From assembly GCA_903873485.1 (NCBI GenBank), contig CAIQOO010000074.1, positions 20,453-84,452 on the forward strand: DNA of 64,000 nucleotides, given 5' to 3'. The translations under genes were made by a program, and so were the position numbers. Origin of the DNA: an uncultured beta proteobacterium (GTDB taxonomy: Bacteria; Pseudomonadota; Gammaproteobacteria; Burkholderiales; Burkholderiaceae_C). This document shows, in pieces, positions 18,995 to 30,050 of the stretch (positions are counted from its first letter, which is position 1; every line of letters starts with the position of its first letter). The notes below the pieces were generated by a model. That model was not told the origin of the DNA, made no database searches, and saw only the letters and a list, made by a program, of their open reading frames with translations.

Positions 18995-20593
18995 ATGATT
19001 TTCAGTTCACCGCAATTCATCCTGTTGTTTTTGCCGGCGGCGTTCTTTGGTTACTTTTACCTCAACCGGCAGCGCCTGGTGGTGGCCGGCAAGGTCTGGC
19101 TGGTGGCTTTGAGCCTGCTGTTTTACGCGGTCTGGAATGTGGCCTACCTGCCGCTGCTGCTGGCATCGATTGTGTTCAATTTTGTGCTTGGCTCGCGCCT
19201 AGCCGCCAGCCGTGCCGATACCGGCAGGCAGCGATGGTGGCTGCTGGTAGCCGGCATCAGCGCCAATCTGCTGCTGCTGGGCTATTTCAAATATGCCGGG
19301 TTCCTTGTTGGCAACCTCAACGGATTGTTTCAACTGCAACTCGGTTTGCCGCAAATTCTGTTGCCGCTGGGCATCAGTTTCTTCACCTTCACCCAGGTAG
19401 CGTTTCTGGTTGACAGTTATCGCGGGGCGGCCAAAGAATATGAATTGCTCAACTACAGCTTGTTTGTAACTTTTTTCCCGCACCTGATTGCCGGCCCGAT
19501 CCTGCACCACAGCGAGATGATGCCGCAGTTCAACTCACGCTGGACGCTGGACGCTGGCGGTGCGCTGGCGCGGCCACGCCTGCCAGCGCGCGAACCCTGG
19601 TGGGATGCCAGCCGGCTCTACAACATCGACTTTCTGATGGCGCAGGTCAGCCGGGTGCTCTACCACGCCGGCATTTCAACCGATCCGGCCCAGGTCATCA
19701 TCGGCAAAAACCACTGGCTCTACCTTGGTGATGCGCATGGCGAGGGGATTTCGGTCAAGCGGCGCCAGCCGGGCATTGACGATGAGGCGATCAACAGCCA
19801 GATTGCTGCGGCCGCGCTGGCCTGGGAATACTGGTTCAAGGGCCAAGGTGTGCGCCTGTACCGGGTGCTGCTGGCACCCGACAAAAGCTCGGTTTATCCC
19901 GAATTCCTGCCCGACTGGGCACAGCCCCGGCAGATCACGGCGATTGACGGGCTGCTCAAGGGCGCGCACCACAGCATCTATGTCGATAGCCGGGCGGCCC
20001 TGGCCGCTGCCAAAACCGAGTTTGCCGAAGCGCTGTATCCGCCCAACAACACGCACTGGAATGCGCTGGGCGCCTGGGCCGGATTTCGCCAGCTCGGCCA
20101 GTCCATGCGGTTGGCCGAACCGGGCCTGCGCTGGCCCGCCGACAGCCAACTGCGCGTGGTGAAGGCCGAGATGATCACTGGCGGCGATCTGGCCAGCTTT
20201 CTGCGCATGGGCGATGTGCTGCAAGACCGGGAGCTGACCACCGAAGTCAGCACCGGCTTGGCCATCGAGACCCGGCAAACCGATTTTGAGTCCGGCCAGT
20301 TGCTGCTGTCGGGCGGCAATCCGCGCCTTGGCGCACCGCAGACACCGCTACTGGTGACATCCCCGCAGGCGCTGAACCAGCGCCGGGTGCTGTGGTTGCG
20401 CGATTCTTTTGGCGTTGCCATGTCGCCCTACATGGCAGCCACCTTCACCGAGACGCTGCAATTGCACTACAGCGCCGCCGACCCCGCTTTGGTGGCCCGC
20501 CTGGTAGCACAGTTCAAGCCCGACTATGTGCTGGTCAGCGTGGTGGAGCGCGATGCCCGGTCCGCCTGGTTCACCCGGCGGCCACCGGGCTAA
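18995..20593 (+). pseudogene. in-frame fusion of the N-terminal third of an AlgI-type MBOAT O-acyltransferase to an N-truncated AlgJ/AlgX-like SGNH protein
   Basis: LPLGISFFTF and FFPHLIAGPI MBOAT motifs stop at about aa 185, with no C-terminal MBOAT His motif; then IGKNHWLYLG, LAPDK, THWN, RDSF AlgJ-like motifs. Confidence 0.75.
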
Positions 20594-21648
20594 AGCCCCG
20601 GCAACTCTGGCGCGGACTGGGGCGGCATGACGCCGAGATGGCGGTATGCCGCCAGCGTGGCAATGCGGCCACGCGGGGTGCGTTGCAAGTAACCTTGCTG
20701 AATCAGATAGGGTTCGATCACGTCTTCGATGGTTTCGCGCTCTTCGCCAATGCTCGCTGCAATGTTGTCAAGCCCGACCGGGCCGCCATCAAAGCGGTGG
20801 ATCACCGCCTCCAGCAACTTGCGGTCCATCAAGTCAAAACCTTGCGGATCGACATCGAGCATGGCCAGCGCGCGGTTGGCAATGTCAAGCGAAATTTCGC
20901 CTTTGCCCTTGACGTCGGCGTAATCACGCACCCGGCGCAGCAGCCGGTTGGCAATGCGCGGCGTGCCACGCGAGCGCCGGGCAATCTCGAAGCCGCCTGC
21001 TTCATCGGTCGGCACATTGAGCAGGCCGGCGCTGCGCTTGACAATCAGCGCCAGTTCTTGCGGGGTGTAAAACTCCAGCCGCGCCACAATGCCAAAACGG
21101 TCGCGCAGCGGATTGGTCAGCATGCCGGCCCGGGTGGTGGCGCCTACCAGGGTAAAGGGTTGCAAATCGAGCTTGATCGAGCGTGCCGCCGGTCCTTCGC
21201 CGATCATGATGTCGATCTTGTAGTCCTCCAGCGCCGGGTACAAGATTTCTTCCACCACCGGGCTTAGGCGGTGAATTTCATCGATGAACAGCACATCGTT
21301 CTTTTCCAGATTGGTCAACAAGGCGGCCAGGTCCTTGGGCTTTTCCAGCACCGGGCCGCTGGTCTGGCGCAGATTGACGCCGAGTTCGTGCGCAATGATG
21401 TGGCTCAGGGTCGTCTTGCCCAAGCCGGGCGGGCCAAACAGCAGCACATGGTCGAGTGCTTCGCCGCGCATTTTGGCGGCAGCAATAAATATCTGCAGTT
21501 GCTCGCGCGCCTTGGCTTGGCCCACATAGTCATCCATCAGCTTGGGCCGCAGGGCACGCTCAACCGCTTCTTCGTTGGGCGAGGCGGGGGCATTGGAGAC
21601 CACGCGTTTGGGTGGTGCGCTGGCGAAATCGTCGGTTTGAATGCTCAC
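20590..21648 (-). CDS. ruvB: Holliday junction branch migration ATPase RuvB
   Basis: [40 protein letters not shown]; GTG start. Confidence 0.98.
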   Translation of the reverse strand: MSIQTDDFASAPPKRVVSNAPASPNEEAVERALRPKLMDDYVGQAKAREQLQIFIAAAKMRGEALDHVLLFGPPGLGKTTLSHIIAHELGVNLRQTSGPVLEKPKDLAALLTNLEKNDVLFIDEIHRLSPVVEEILYPALEDYKIDIMIGEGPAARSIKLDLQPFTLVGATTRAGMLTNPLRDRFGIVARLEFYTPQELALIVKRSAGLLNVPTDEAGGFEIARRSRGTPRIANRLLRRVRDYADVKGKGEISLDIANRALAMLDVDPQGFDLMDRKLLEAVIHRFDGGPVGLDNIAASIGEERETIEDVIEPYLIQQGYLQRTPRGRIATLAAYRHLGVMPPQSAPELPGL

Positions 21649-21769
21649 GGCAGGCTCGGTTGCAGGCTAAGGCTGGCACTATAGCGCCCAGCGTTCAAGC
21701 CGGTTCCAGGTTCTGCCGATAACATGACATAAAAGACTCTTTGCGGGGCGCCGACGCCCCGGTCATGCC

Positions 21770-23032
21770 ATGAAAACACCGTACTCCCGCTTCGCTCCAG
21801 CCCACTTGCAGCACCCCCGGCCTGCCTTGATCAACTGGCCGCTCATGGCCTGCCTGGCGCTGACCGGGGCGCTGGCTGCTGTGCCAAGGGTGCAGGCCGC
21901 AGCCGCCGAGCACGGCGCCAGCGCCGCCCCGGTGGCCAGCAAAGCCGCCGCCAGCAAGCCAGCCCCGGCCAGCGCCGACACCCAGGACCTGGGCACCGAT
22001 CTGAAAAAGGCCATCAAGGACAATCTGGTCGATAAAAAGACGTTGAAACTGGTCATCACCGACAAACCGGCCTCCAAGCCAGGGCCGGCCAGCGCCAAGG
22101 CTGGCGAACATGAGGCCCCCAAGGCGGCGGCAGCGCCCGCTGCCGCCCACGCGGCAATGCCGGCGGTGGCCGCGCACCCGGCGGCTGGGCACTCGCCAGC
22201 AGCGACCGAACATGCGCCAGCGGCGACCGGGCATACACCAGCGGTGGCGAGTCCGCGCGCCAGCCGCGACTACATCAAGGCACGCGCTGCGGCCCTCACC
22301 GGTCACACCGCCGCGTCAGAGACACCAGCCGGTGATGCCCACGGCGGTGAGGTCCATTGGTCTTATGACGGCGACACCGGCCCGCAGGCCTGGGGCAAAC
22401 TCAAGCCCGAATTCAACCTGTGTGCCATTGGCAAGCGCCAGTCGCCAATCAATATCGAGGACTCCGGCACCCTGCAGGGGCCGGCCGAGCCGCTGCGATT
22501 CAACTACACACCCTCCAGCGGCAGCGTGGTCAACAATGGCCACACCATCCAAGTTGACTTGCAGGGCGACAACACGCTTGCGGTGCGCGGCATGGTCTAT
22601 AAGCTGGTGCAATTTCACTTTCATACCCCGTCCGAGGAGCAGGTGAACTACCGCAATTCGGCGATGGTGACGCATCTGGTGCACAAAAGCGCCGACGGAC
22701 AACTCGCGGTGGTGGCCGTTTTGATGGACCCCGGCGTCATCAACCCGCTGATCAACAAGGTCTGGACTTACATGCCGCTTGACACCCTTGACCGGGTGCG
22801 GCTGCCAGTGGACAGCATCGACATCAACGAACTGCTGCCCAAAGACCAGCGCTACTACCAGTTCATCGGCTCGCTGACTACGCCGCCCTGCACCGAAGGC
22901 GTGTTGTGGCTGGTGCTCAAACAGCCCACCCAGGTCGGCAAAGAACAGATCCGGCTGTTTCAGCAGCTCTATCCCGGCAATGCCCGACCGGTGCAATCGG
23001 TCAATGGGCGACCGATCAGAAACGCACAATAG
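21770..23032 (+). CDS. alpha-class carbonic anhydrase with signal peptide and long Ala/Pro/His-rich N-terminal region
   Basis: HWSY, QSPINI, NNGHT, QFHFH, HLVH, GSLTTPPCTEGV, NARPVQ. Confidence 0.92.
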   Translation: MKTPYSRFAPAHLQHPRPALINWPLMACLALTGALAAVPRVQAAAAEHGASAAPVASKAAASKPAPASADTQDLGTDLKKAIKDNLVDKKTLKLVITDKPASKPGPASAKAGEHEAPKAAAAPAAAHAAMPAVAAHPAAGHSPAATEHAPAATGHTPAVASPRASRDYIKARAAALTGHTAASETPAGDAHGGEVHWSYDGDTGPQAWGKLKPEFNLCAIGKRQSPINIEDSGTLQGPAEPLRFNYTPSSGSVVNNGHTIQVDLQGDNTLAVRGMVYKLVQFHFHTPSEEQVNYRNSAMVTHLVHKSADGQLAVVAVLMDPGVINPLINKVWTYMPLDTLDRVRLPVDSIDINELLPKDQRYYQFIGSLTTPPCTEGVLWLVLKQPTQVGKEQIRLFQQLYPGNARPVQSVNGRPIRNAQ

Positions 23033-23071
23033 CCGACACGGGTGCGCCTTGCGCCAGCCTGCCGGAACCCG

Positions 23072-24943
23072 TCATATCTCGATTTTTGACCCCAGCTCGA
23101 CCACCGCATTGCTGGGCAGCTTCAGAAAGTCGGCCGCGCCGCTGGCGTTAAGGTGCATCTGGGCGAACAGTTTTTCACGCCAAAACGCCATGCCGCTGCC
23201 AATCGTCGGGCAGATGGTGTCGCGGCTCAAAAAGTAGCTGGTTGTCATCGGTTCAAGCTCACAACCGCGGCTTTTCATATTCAGCAGTGCCTTGGGCAAA
23301 TCCGGGTCATTCTTGAATCCGTAATTGACGATCACCGACCAGCAGTCGTGACCAAGCGCCTCGATCGTCAGGCGTTTGTCAAGGCCAATCCACGGCACTT
23401 CATGGTTGACCACGGTGACAAACAGGTTGACCTCATGCAGAATTTTGTTGTGCTTGAGGTTGTGCAGCATGGCGTTGGGCACGGTGCCGGACTCGGCGGT
23501 CAAAAACACGGCGGTGCCGGGCACCCGTGCCGGTGGACTGACAAATACTGCTTCCAGAAAACTGCCGAGGTCAATCGCCTCGACCATGAGTTTTTGTTTC
23601 ATTAGACGCCTGCCGTCTTTCCAAGTCAGCATAATGACAAACACGGCACCGGCGACAGCGATGGGAAACCAGCCACCTTCCACCAGTTTGATCATATTGG
23701 AGGAAAAAAATGCCAGATCGATCAGAAAAAACACGCCCGTAGCAGCCAGACACAGCCAAAGCGGGTAATGCCAGGCATAACGAATCACAAAAAAGGTCAG
23801 CACCGTGGTGATCAGCATGTCGAGCGTGACGGCAATGCCGTAAGCGGCCGCCAGATTGCTCGACGACTTGAACAGCGCCACCGCCAGCGCGATCAGCACA
23901 AACAGGCCCCAGTTGACAAATGGGATGTAGATTTGGCCGGTTTCCTTGACACTGGTGTGCCAGACCTGAAGACGCGGCAAATAACCCAGTTGAATCACTT
24001 GCTTGGTAACTGAAAACGCCCCGGTAATCAGCGCCTGCGAGGCAATCACCGTGGCCATCGTGGCCAGCACCACCATCGGCAGCAGCGCCCACGCCGGAGT
24101 CATCATGAAAAACGGGTTTTTCACCGCCGCCGGGTTGCTCAGCAGCAGTGCGCCCTGGCCAAAATAGTTCAGTGTCAGGCACGGCATGACGATGGAAAAC
24201 CAGGCCAGGCGAATCGGCTTCTTGCCAAAATGGCCCATGTCGGCGTACAGCGCCTCGCCACCGGTGACGCACAGCACCACCGCGCCCAAAATGATGAAGG
24301 TGGTCATCGGGTTGGTCCAGATGAAATCGAGCGCATAGTGCGGACTCAGCGCCAGCAAAATCTCCGGGTTGTGCCAGATGTGCGAGACACCCAGCACCGC
24401 AATGGCGACAAACCACACCAGCGTGATCGGGCCGAAAAACTTGCCAATGTCGGCAGTGCCACGTTTTTGCACCATAAACAGGCCCAGCAAAATCAGCAAG
24501 GTCAGCGGAATCACCGCCTTTTTGAAAGTCGGTGACACCACTTCCAGACCTTCGACCGCCGACAGCACCGAAATCGCCGGGGTGATGACCCCGTCGCCAT
24601 AAAACAGGCAGGTGCCAAAAATGCCGACAAACAGCAGCACCCGCCGCAGTCTGGGTTTGCTCTTGACCGACTGCGAGGCCAGCGCCAGCATGGCGACCAG
24701 ACCGCCTTCGCCATTGTTGTCGGCCCGCAACACCAGCGTGACATATTTGAGGGAAATGATGACGGTCAAGGTCCAGAAAAAGATCGACAACACCCCCATC
24801 ACGTTGTCGCTGGTGAACGGCACATGCCCGGCACCAAACACTTCTTTGACCGCATACAGCACACTGGTGCCGATATCGCCATACACCACACCGATGGCAC
24901 CCAGGGTGAGCGCACGCAGAGACGTTTGAGAGGAGTTTGCCAA
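23072..24943 (-). CDS. kup: KUP/HAK/KT potassium uptake protein
   Basis: [45 protein letters not shown]; TTG start inferred. Confidence 0.97.
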   Translation of the reverse strand: MANSSQTSLRALTLGAIGVVYGDIGTSVLYAVKEVFGAGHVPFTSDNVMGVLSIFFWTLTVIISLKYVTLVLRADNNGEGGLVAMLALASQSVKSKPRLRRVLLFVGIFGTCLFYGDGVITPAISVLSAVEGLEVVSPTFKKAVIPLTLLILLGLFMVQKRGTADIGKFFGPITLVWFVAIAVLGVSHIWHNPEILLALSPHYALDFIWTNPMTTFIILGAVVLCVTGGEALYADMGHFGKKPIRLAWFSIVMPCLTLNYFGQGALLLSNPAAVKNPFFMMTPAWALLPMVVLATMATVIASQALITGAFSVTKQVIQLGYLPRLQVWHTSVKETGQIYIPFVNWGLFVLIALAVALFKSSSNLAAAYGIAVTLDMLITTVLTFFVIRYAWHYPLWLCLAATGVFFLIDLAFFSSNMIKLVEGGWFPIAVAGAVFVIMLTWKDGRRLMKQKLMVEAIDLGSFLEAVFVSPPARVPGTAVFLTAESGTVPNAMLHNLKHNKILHEVNLFVTVVNHEVPWIGLDKRLTIEALGHDCWSVIVNYGFKNDPDLPKALLNMKSRGCELEPMTTSYFLSRDTICPTIGSGMAFWREKLFAQMHLNASGAADFLKLPSNAVVELGSKIEI

Positions 24944-25027
24944 GCAGTCACCGCGCCGCAATACTGGCGAGGCTCCGTGTCATGAGGGGACGCTATTTTG
25001 CGTCAGAAACCCGGGCGGGCAATGAAC

Positions 25028-26323
25028 CTACGCGTAAATCTCGGCTTCCGGGTCGGTAGCTTCCAGCTCGTAGCTCGCCGCCAGCATGGCCAGCCGCCCG
25101 ACCACCCCGTACATGTAAAAACGGTTGGGCACACTGGCACCGGGTTTGCTGCCGGGCTGCGGCAGCAGCGTGCTGTGCTCGAATGCCAGCGGCACATAGT
25201 CGGAGCCGGGCGCATTCAGCGCTTCATCGACGCCGCGCCCGGCATGAACCCGGTAGAAACCACCCACCACATAACGGTCCATGGTGTAGATCACCGGCTC
25301 GGCCACCGCATCGTTGACCCGTTCCTGCGTCAGCACGCCTTCTTGCACCATGAAGTCATGCGGCAGCAGCGGTTTATTGCGGCCCTCGGTCAGGGTTCTG
25401 GCCTGCTCGCACAGCCCCTGCATGTCTTTGGCATCGCGCACCGTGACGATGCCCAGGGCATGGGTGCCGTGGTCGGCCTTGACCACCACAAAGGGTTTTT
25501 CCTTGATGCCGTATTCCTTGTACTTGCGCCGCACCCGGGCCAGTAGCAGATCGACCTGGGCGCTCAGGCAATCCAGGCGATCGGGCTGGTCGAGCAACAC
25601 GGCTTCGCATTTTTCAAACAGCGGGTTGATCAGCCAGGGATCAACCCCCATCAGCTTGCCCAGCCGTTTGGCCACTTCTTCATAACACTTGAAGTGGGTG
25701 CTCATGCGCCGGGTTGGCCAGGCGGCTTGCAGCGGGGGCAGCAGGTATTGCTCAAAAACCTCTTCAAGAATGCCGGGCACCCCGGCGACCAGGTCGTTGT
25801 TGAGCAATATGGTGCAGGGGTCAAAGTTTTTCAGGCCCAGGCGGCGTTTGCCGCGAAGGACCGGCTCCAGCGTCACGGTTTCGCCGTTTGGCAATTCAAA
25901 CGTGGTGTTTTGCTTGATGGCCGGGTCAATCGAGCCCAGGCGCACATTGAGCCCCGCCATGTTGAAAATGCGCTGCAACTGCACCAGATTGGCCAGGTAC
26001 AAGCTGCCGGGCTTGCCGTTTTCTGGAATCAGCATCAGGTTGCGCGCTTCGGGGCAGATTTTTTCGATGGCTGCCATGGCCGCCTGCACAGCCAGCGGCA
26101 GCATTTCGGCGGTCAGGTTTTGCCAACTGCTGGGAAACAGGTTGGTATCGACCGGCGACAGCTTGAAGCCGGCGTTGCGGATATCGACCGAGCTGTAAAA
26201 CGGCGGCGTGTGCTCCATCCACTCCAGACGAAACCAGCGCTCGATGGCCGGCATTGAGTCCAGCACACGCTGCTCTAGTTCGTTGATCGGCCCGGTCAGG
26301 GCGGTAATGAGGTGGGGAACCAT
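25028..26323 (-). CDS. gshA: glutamate--cysteine ligase (betaproteobacterial type)
   Basis: MVPHLITAL start, PPFYSSVDIRNAGFKL.PVDTNLFP, YVVGGFYRVH; upstream extension in the ORF track is repeat-derived. Confidence 0.92.
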   Translation of the reverse strand: MVPHLITALTGPINELEQRVLDSMPAIERWFRLEWMEHTPPFYSSVDIRNAGFKLSPVDTNLFPSSWQNLTAEMLPLAVQAAMAAIEKICPEARNLMLIPENGKPGSLYLANLVQLQRIFNMAGLNVRLGSIDPAIKQNTTFELPNGETVTLEPVLRGKRRLGLKNFDPCTILLNNDLVAGVPGILEEVFEQYLLPPLQAAWPTRRMSTHFKCYEEVAKRLGKLMGVDPWLINPLFEKCEAVLLDQPDRLDCLSAQVDLLLARVRRKYKEYGIKEKPFVVVKADHGTHALGIVTVRDAKDMQGLCEQARTLTEGRNKPLLPHDFMVQEGVLTQERVNDAVAEPVIYTMDRYVVGGFYRVHAGRGVDEALNAPGSDYVPLAFEHSTLLPQPGSKPGASVPNRFYMYGVVGRLAMLAASYELEATDPEAEIYA

Positions 26324-26465
26324 GAAAAGCCTTGCGTCAGTTGGAAGCCCAATTTTAGGACGCGCCAATGACCGCCTGGGCCAAAAAGTCGCCCCGGCCA
26401 GTCCGGCCCGCGAGATTCGCGCCTGTCCGGCGCGCCAGCCGCCACCACGGGTTTCAGCAGGGTAC

Positions 26466-26540
26466 TTTGACGTGAAACACCCCCGTTCGTGGTGAGCTTG
26501 TCGAACCACATGCCCTTCGACTGCGCTCAGGGCGAACGGT
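26466..26540. repeat. REP-like imperfect hairpin doublet with parS-like tail
   Basis: tttgacgtgaaaca-ccccc-gttcgtggtgagcttgtcgaacc...ccttcgactgcgctcagggcgaacgg; 26466-26508 is the inverted near-copy of 59351-59392. Confidence 0.8.
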
Positions 26541-26574
26541 TTCATCATTCGGAGAGGGCAAGAGTCCATGCAAG

Positions 26575-27942
26575 TCAGCCGCGCACTTCGCCTTGGCCCA
26601 GCACCACATACTTGAGCGAGGTCAGCCCCTCGATGCCGACCGGGCCACGGGCGTGAAACTTGTCGGTGCTGATGCCGATTTCGGCTCCCAGCCCATACTC
26701 GAAGCCATCGGCAAAACGGGTGCTGGTGTTGACCATCACGCTGGCCGAATCGACCTCGCGCAAAAACTGCTGCGCATGCAGGTGGTCGCGCGTCAGGATG
26801 GCATCGGTGTGGTGGCTGCCATAGTGGTTGATGTGGTCAATCGCCTCATCGACTCCGGCCACGATCCGGATGCTGATGATCGGAGCGAGGTACTCGGCAA
26901 ACCAGTCGGACGGCTGCGCCGGAACCAGTTTCAAGGCCGCTGAACCGGCGTTGCCAAGGCCTTGATTTGCTACAGAATAGCTAGCTGTCAGCGCACTGCC
27001 AGCATAGGCTAGAGCACGATTTTGTTCAAAAGTCTGGAGCAGCAGCAGGGCTTCGGCATCACAGCGCATTTCAACCCCTTTGGCGGCGTAAATGGCGGCA
27101 ATCGGGGGCAAAAACACGGCCGCCACGCCGCGCGCCACCAGCAGGCTTTCGGTTGCGTTGCACGGGCTGTATTTGCTGGTTTTGGCGTTGTCGGCCACCC
27201 TTACTGCCATCTCCAGATCACACGGCTCATCGACATAGGTGTGGCAGTTGCCGTCGAGGTGCTTGATCACCGGCACCTTGGCACCGGCACTGATGCGCTC
27301 AATCAACCCTTTGCCGCCGCGCGGAATGATCAGATCAACATACTGCGGCATGGCGATGAGTTGGTCCACCACGGCGCGGTCGGTGGTTTGCACCAGTTGC
27401 ACCGCGTTTTCTGGCAGGCCGCTTAAGTGCAGCGCCTGTTGCACCAGTCTGGCCAGTGCCCGGTTGGACTCGATCGCCTCGGAGCCGCCGCGCAAAATGC
27501 AGGCGTTGCCACTTTTGATCGACAGGCTGGCGGCTTCGATCGTCACATTGGGCCGACTCTCGAACACCATGCCAAACACGCCAATCGGCACCCGCATCTG
27601 CCCGACCCGGATGCCGCTGGGCTGCTGCCTGATGCCGATCACCTCGCCAATCACATCCGGCATGGCGGCCAGTTGCTCGCAACCCTGGGCGCAGGTTTCG
27701 ATCACGCCGGGCGTCAGCTTGAGCCGATCTACCAGCGGTGCCGCTAGGCCAGCCGACACGGCGCGTTCGATGTCTTTGGCATTGTCAAGCTGCAGTGCGC
27801 CGACGTTGCCCCGCAGCAACTCGGCGAGTTGTCGAAGTGCCTTGTTTTTAAGGGCTGGCGGCGCTTTGGCCATCAGGGCCGAAGCCTGCTTGGCCTGCAA
27901 ACCCAGGGTCTGGGTGTAGTCGGTGATGTCGGATAGGTTCAT
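26575..27942 (-). CDS. proA: gamma-glutamyl phosphate reductase
   Basis: [47 protein letters not shown]; carries an internal insertion. Confidence 0.97.
   Translation of the reverse strand: MNLSDITDYTQTLGLQAKQASALMAKAPPALKNKALRQLAELLRGNVGALQLDNAKDIERAVSAGLAAPLVDRLKLTPGVIETCAQGCEQLAAMPDVIGEVIGIRQQPSGIRVGQMRVPIGVFGMVFESRPNVTIEAASLSIKSGNACILRGGSEAIESNRALARLVQQALHLSGLPENAVQLVQTTDRAVVDQLIAMPQYVDLIIPRGGKGLIERISAGAKVPVIKHLDGNCHTYVDEPCDLEMAVRVADNAKTSKYSPCNATESLLVARGVAAVFLPPIAAIYAAKGVEMRCDAEALLLLQTFEQNRALAYAGSALTASYSVANQGLGNAGSAALKLVPAQPSDWFAEYLAPIISIRIVAGVDEAIDHINHYGSHHTDAILTRDHLHAQQFLREVDSASVMVNTSTRFADGFEYGLGAEIGISTDKFHARGPVGIEGLTSLKYVVLGQGEVRG
26968..27023 (-). repeat. 56-bp dispersed element, copy 6 (in frame inside proA)
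   Basis: reverse complement aaaatcgtgctctagcctatgctggcagtgcgctgacagctagctattctgtagca, translated as [19 protein letters not shown]. Confidence 0.8.
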
Positions 27943-27989
27943 GCCGCCATTTTGGCATGCGTAAACTGCAGGCCAGAGGCAACCAACCG

Positions 27990-28850
27990 ATGAACACCAT
28001 CACCCATTTATCTCCTTCATGGCAGGCCTGGCTGGCCGACAACCTGGCGCGTGGCTGCAGCACGGCATCGCTGGCAGAGCGCATGGTCCAGTCTGGCTTT
28101 GACCCGGTATTTGCCGGCAATGCCGTGCAGCAGGCCCGCGTCGCCGCACAAGCCGGTGCTGCCGTGCCGGCCAGCCCGGCCGGTGGCTATGTGTATGAAA
28201 CGCCGCGTCTGCCGCAAACCGGCAATGTCTTGGCCACCCATGACCGCGATGTCAGGGTCACGCTGCGGCTGCGCCAGCCGGTGCTGGCGGTGTTTGACAA
28301 CCTGATGACGACCGGCGAATGCGACGAACTGGTGGAGCTGTCGCGTGTCAAGCTCACGCGCTCGGCGATTGTTGATCCGGCCACCGGCGAGTCCCGGGTG
28401 ATTGACAACCGCAGCAGCTATGGCACGTTTTTTCATCTGAACGAAAACGACTTCATTGCCCGGCTGGACCGCCGCATTGCCGATCTGATGCACTGGCCAG
28501 TCGAAAACGGCGAGGGCATCCAGATTTTGCATTACCCGGCAGGCGGCGAATACAAGGCGCACTTTGATTATTTTCCAGTCGAAAACCCCGGCAGCTCGGT
28601 GCATCTGGACAAGGGCGGGCAGCGCGTCAGCACGCTGGTGATGTACCTCAACGACGTGGCCGAGGGCGGCGAGACCACCTTTCCGTCGATCCATCTGACG
28701 GTCAGCCCGAAAAAAGGTTCGGCGGTCTATTTTGAGTATTGCAACAGCCGGGGTCAGGTGGACCCGCTGTCCTTGCATGCCGGCCAGCCGGTGCTGCAAG
28801 GCGAGAAATGGATTGCCACCAAGTGGATGCGCGAGCGCAAGTATGGCTAA
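27990..28850 (+). CDS. prolyl 4-hydroxylase-like 2OG-Fe(II) oxygenase
   Basis: [42 protein letters not shown]. Confidence 0.9.
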   Translation: MNTITHLSPSWQAWLADNLARGCSTASLAERMVQSGFDPVFAGNAVQQARVAAQAGAAVPASPAGGYVYETPRLPQTGNVLATHDRDVRVTLRLRQPVLAVFDNLMTTGECDELVELSRVKLTRSAIVDPATGESRVIDNRSSYGTFFHLNENDFIARLDRRIADLMHWPVENGEGIQILHYPAGGEYKAHFDYFPVENPGSSVHLDKGGQRVSTLVMYLNDVAEGGETTFPSIHLTVSPKKGSAVYFEYCNSRGQVDPLSLHAGQPVLQGEKWIATKWMRERKYG

Positions 28851-28937
28851 GGCGCGCTGGCGGTGGCTGCCCCCCGGCACACCGTCTTAAACTCAAACGG
28901 ATTTTCAGACCCCCCCTTTTAATTTTGACTGACTGCC

Positions 28938-29858
28938 ATGACCAGCGCTCCGATTGCCACCGTTCACACCTCAAATCTTGCCTCTTTGACCCTGCTGGCG
29001 CGCGGCAAGGTGCGCGACAACTACGCCGTCGGCGACGACCGCATCTTGATGGTGGCCAGTGACCGCATCAGCGCCTTTGATGTGATCATGGGCCAGCCGA
29101 TTCCCGGCAAGGGTGTGCTGCTGACGCAAATGGCGCTGTTCTGGTTTGACCAGCTCGGCCCGAATGGCCTGAACATTTGCCCGATTCACCTGACCGGCGA
29201 CGCGCCCGAAAGCGTCGTGAGCGCCGCCGACAGGCCGCAGGTGACTGGTCGCTCAATGCTGGTGCGGCGGCTCAAGCCGATTCCGGTCGAGGCAGTGGTG
29301 CGCGGTTATCTGGCGGGCAGCGGCTGGCAGGAATACCAGCAAAACAGCCGCGTGTGTGGCGTGGCGCTGCCCGCTGGCCTGCACAATGCCAGCCAGTTGC
29401 CGATGCCCATCTACACCCCGGCGGCCAAGGCGGCACTTGGCGAGCACGATGAAAACATCACCTTTGAGCGCACCGTGGCGATGATTGGCGCCGACCTGGC
29501 CGGGCGCATCCGCGACATCAGCCTGGCGCTTTACCAGGCCGCCAGCCAGATTGCCGCCGCCAAAGGCATCATCATTGCCGACACCAAGTTTGAGTTTGGG
29601 TTGGACCAAGATGGCACCCTGGTGTTGATGGACGAGGTGCTGACCCCCGATTCGTCGCGTTACTGGCCGGCGACAAGTTATGCACAGGGCCGCAATCCGC
29701 CCAGTTTTGACAAGCAGTTTTTGCGCGACTGGCTGGAAACCGCCCAAGTGGCCGGCAAACCCTGGAGCAAGACCCCTCCAGCACCGCATCTGCCGCGCGA
29801 GGTGATCGACAAGACAGCCGCCAAGTACCAGGAAGCGTGGACCCGGCTGTGTCCCTGA
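28938..29858 (+). CDS. purC: phosphoribosylaminoimidazole-succinocarboxamide synthase
   Basis: [43 protein letters not shown]. Confidence 0.97.
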   Translation: MTSAPIATVHTSNLASLTLLARGKVRDNYAVGDDRILMVASDRISAFDVIMGQPIPGKGVLLTQMALFWFDQLGPNGLNICPIHLTGDAPESVVSAADRPQVTGRSMLVRRLKPIPVEAVVRGYLAGSGWQEYQQNSRVCGVALPAGLHNASQLPMPIYTPAAKAALGEHDENITFERTVAMIGADLAGRIRDISLALYQAASQIAAAKGIIIADTKFEFGLDQDGTLVLMDEVLTPDSSRYWPATSYAQGRNPPSFDKQFLRDWLETAQVAGKPWSKTPPAPHLPREVIDKTAAKYQEAWTRLCP

Positions 29859-29867
29859 AATTTATAA

Positions 29868-29922
29868 TAAATAGGCCTCTAGCCCTTGTCCAATAAGCGC
29901 ATCTAGCTATCTTAAAAATAGC
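29868..29922 (+). repeat. 56-bp dispersed element, copy 7 (after purC stop)
   Basis: taaataggcctctagcccttgtccaataagcgcatctagctatcttaaaaatagca. Confidence 0.85.
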
Positions 29923-30050
29923 AAATCAGCGGTATTCGGCAACTTCGGCCTGGCCTGCGGCGGGCCGCCATGTGGCCGCCCGCTGCCACCATGTGCTGAC
30001 GTGTCGTGCAACAATGGCCATCCCCTTTCAACAATTTTCAGGAGACCGAG

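Noticed and set aside
26324-26569. 81-aa N-terminal extension of GshA in the ORF track
   Set aside because: Contains the translated REP-like hairpin (PFALSAVEG...RQAHHERG); family-typical start is MVPHL at 26323.
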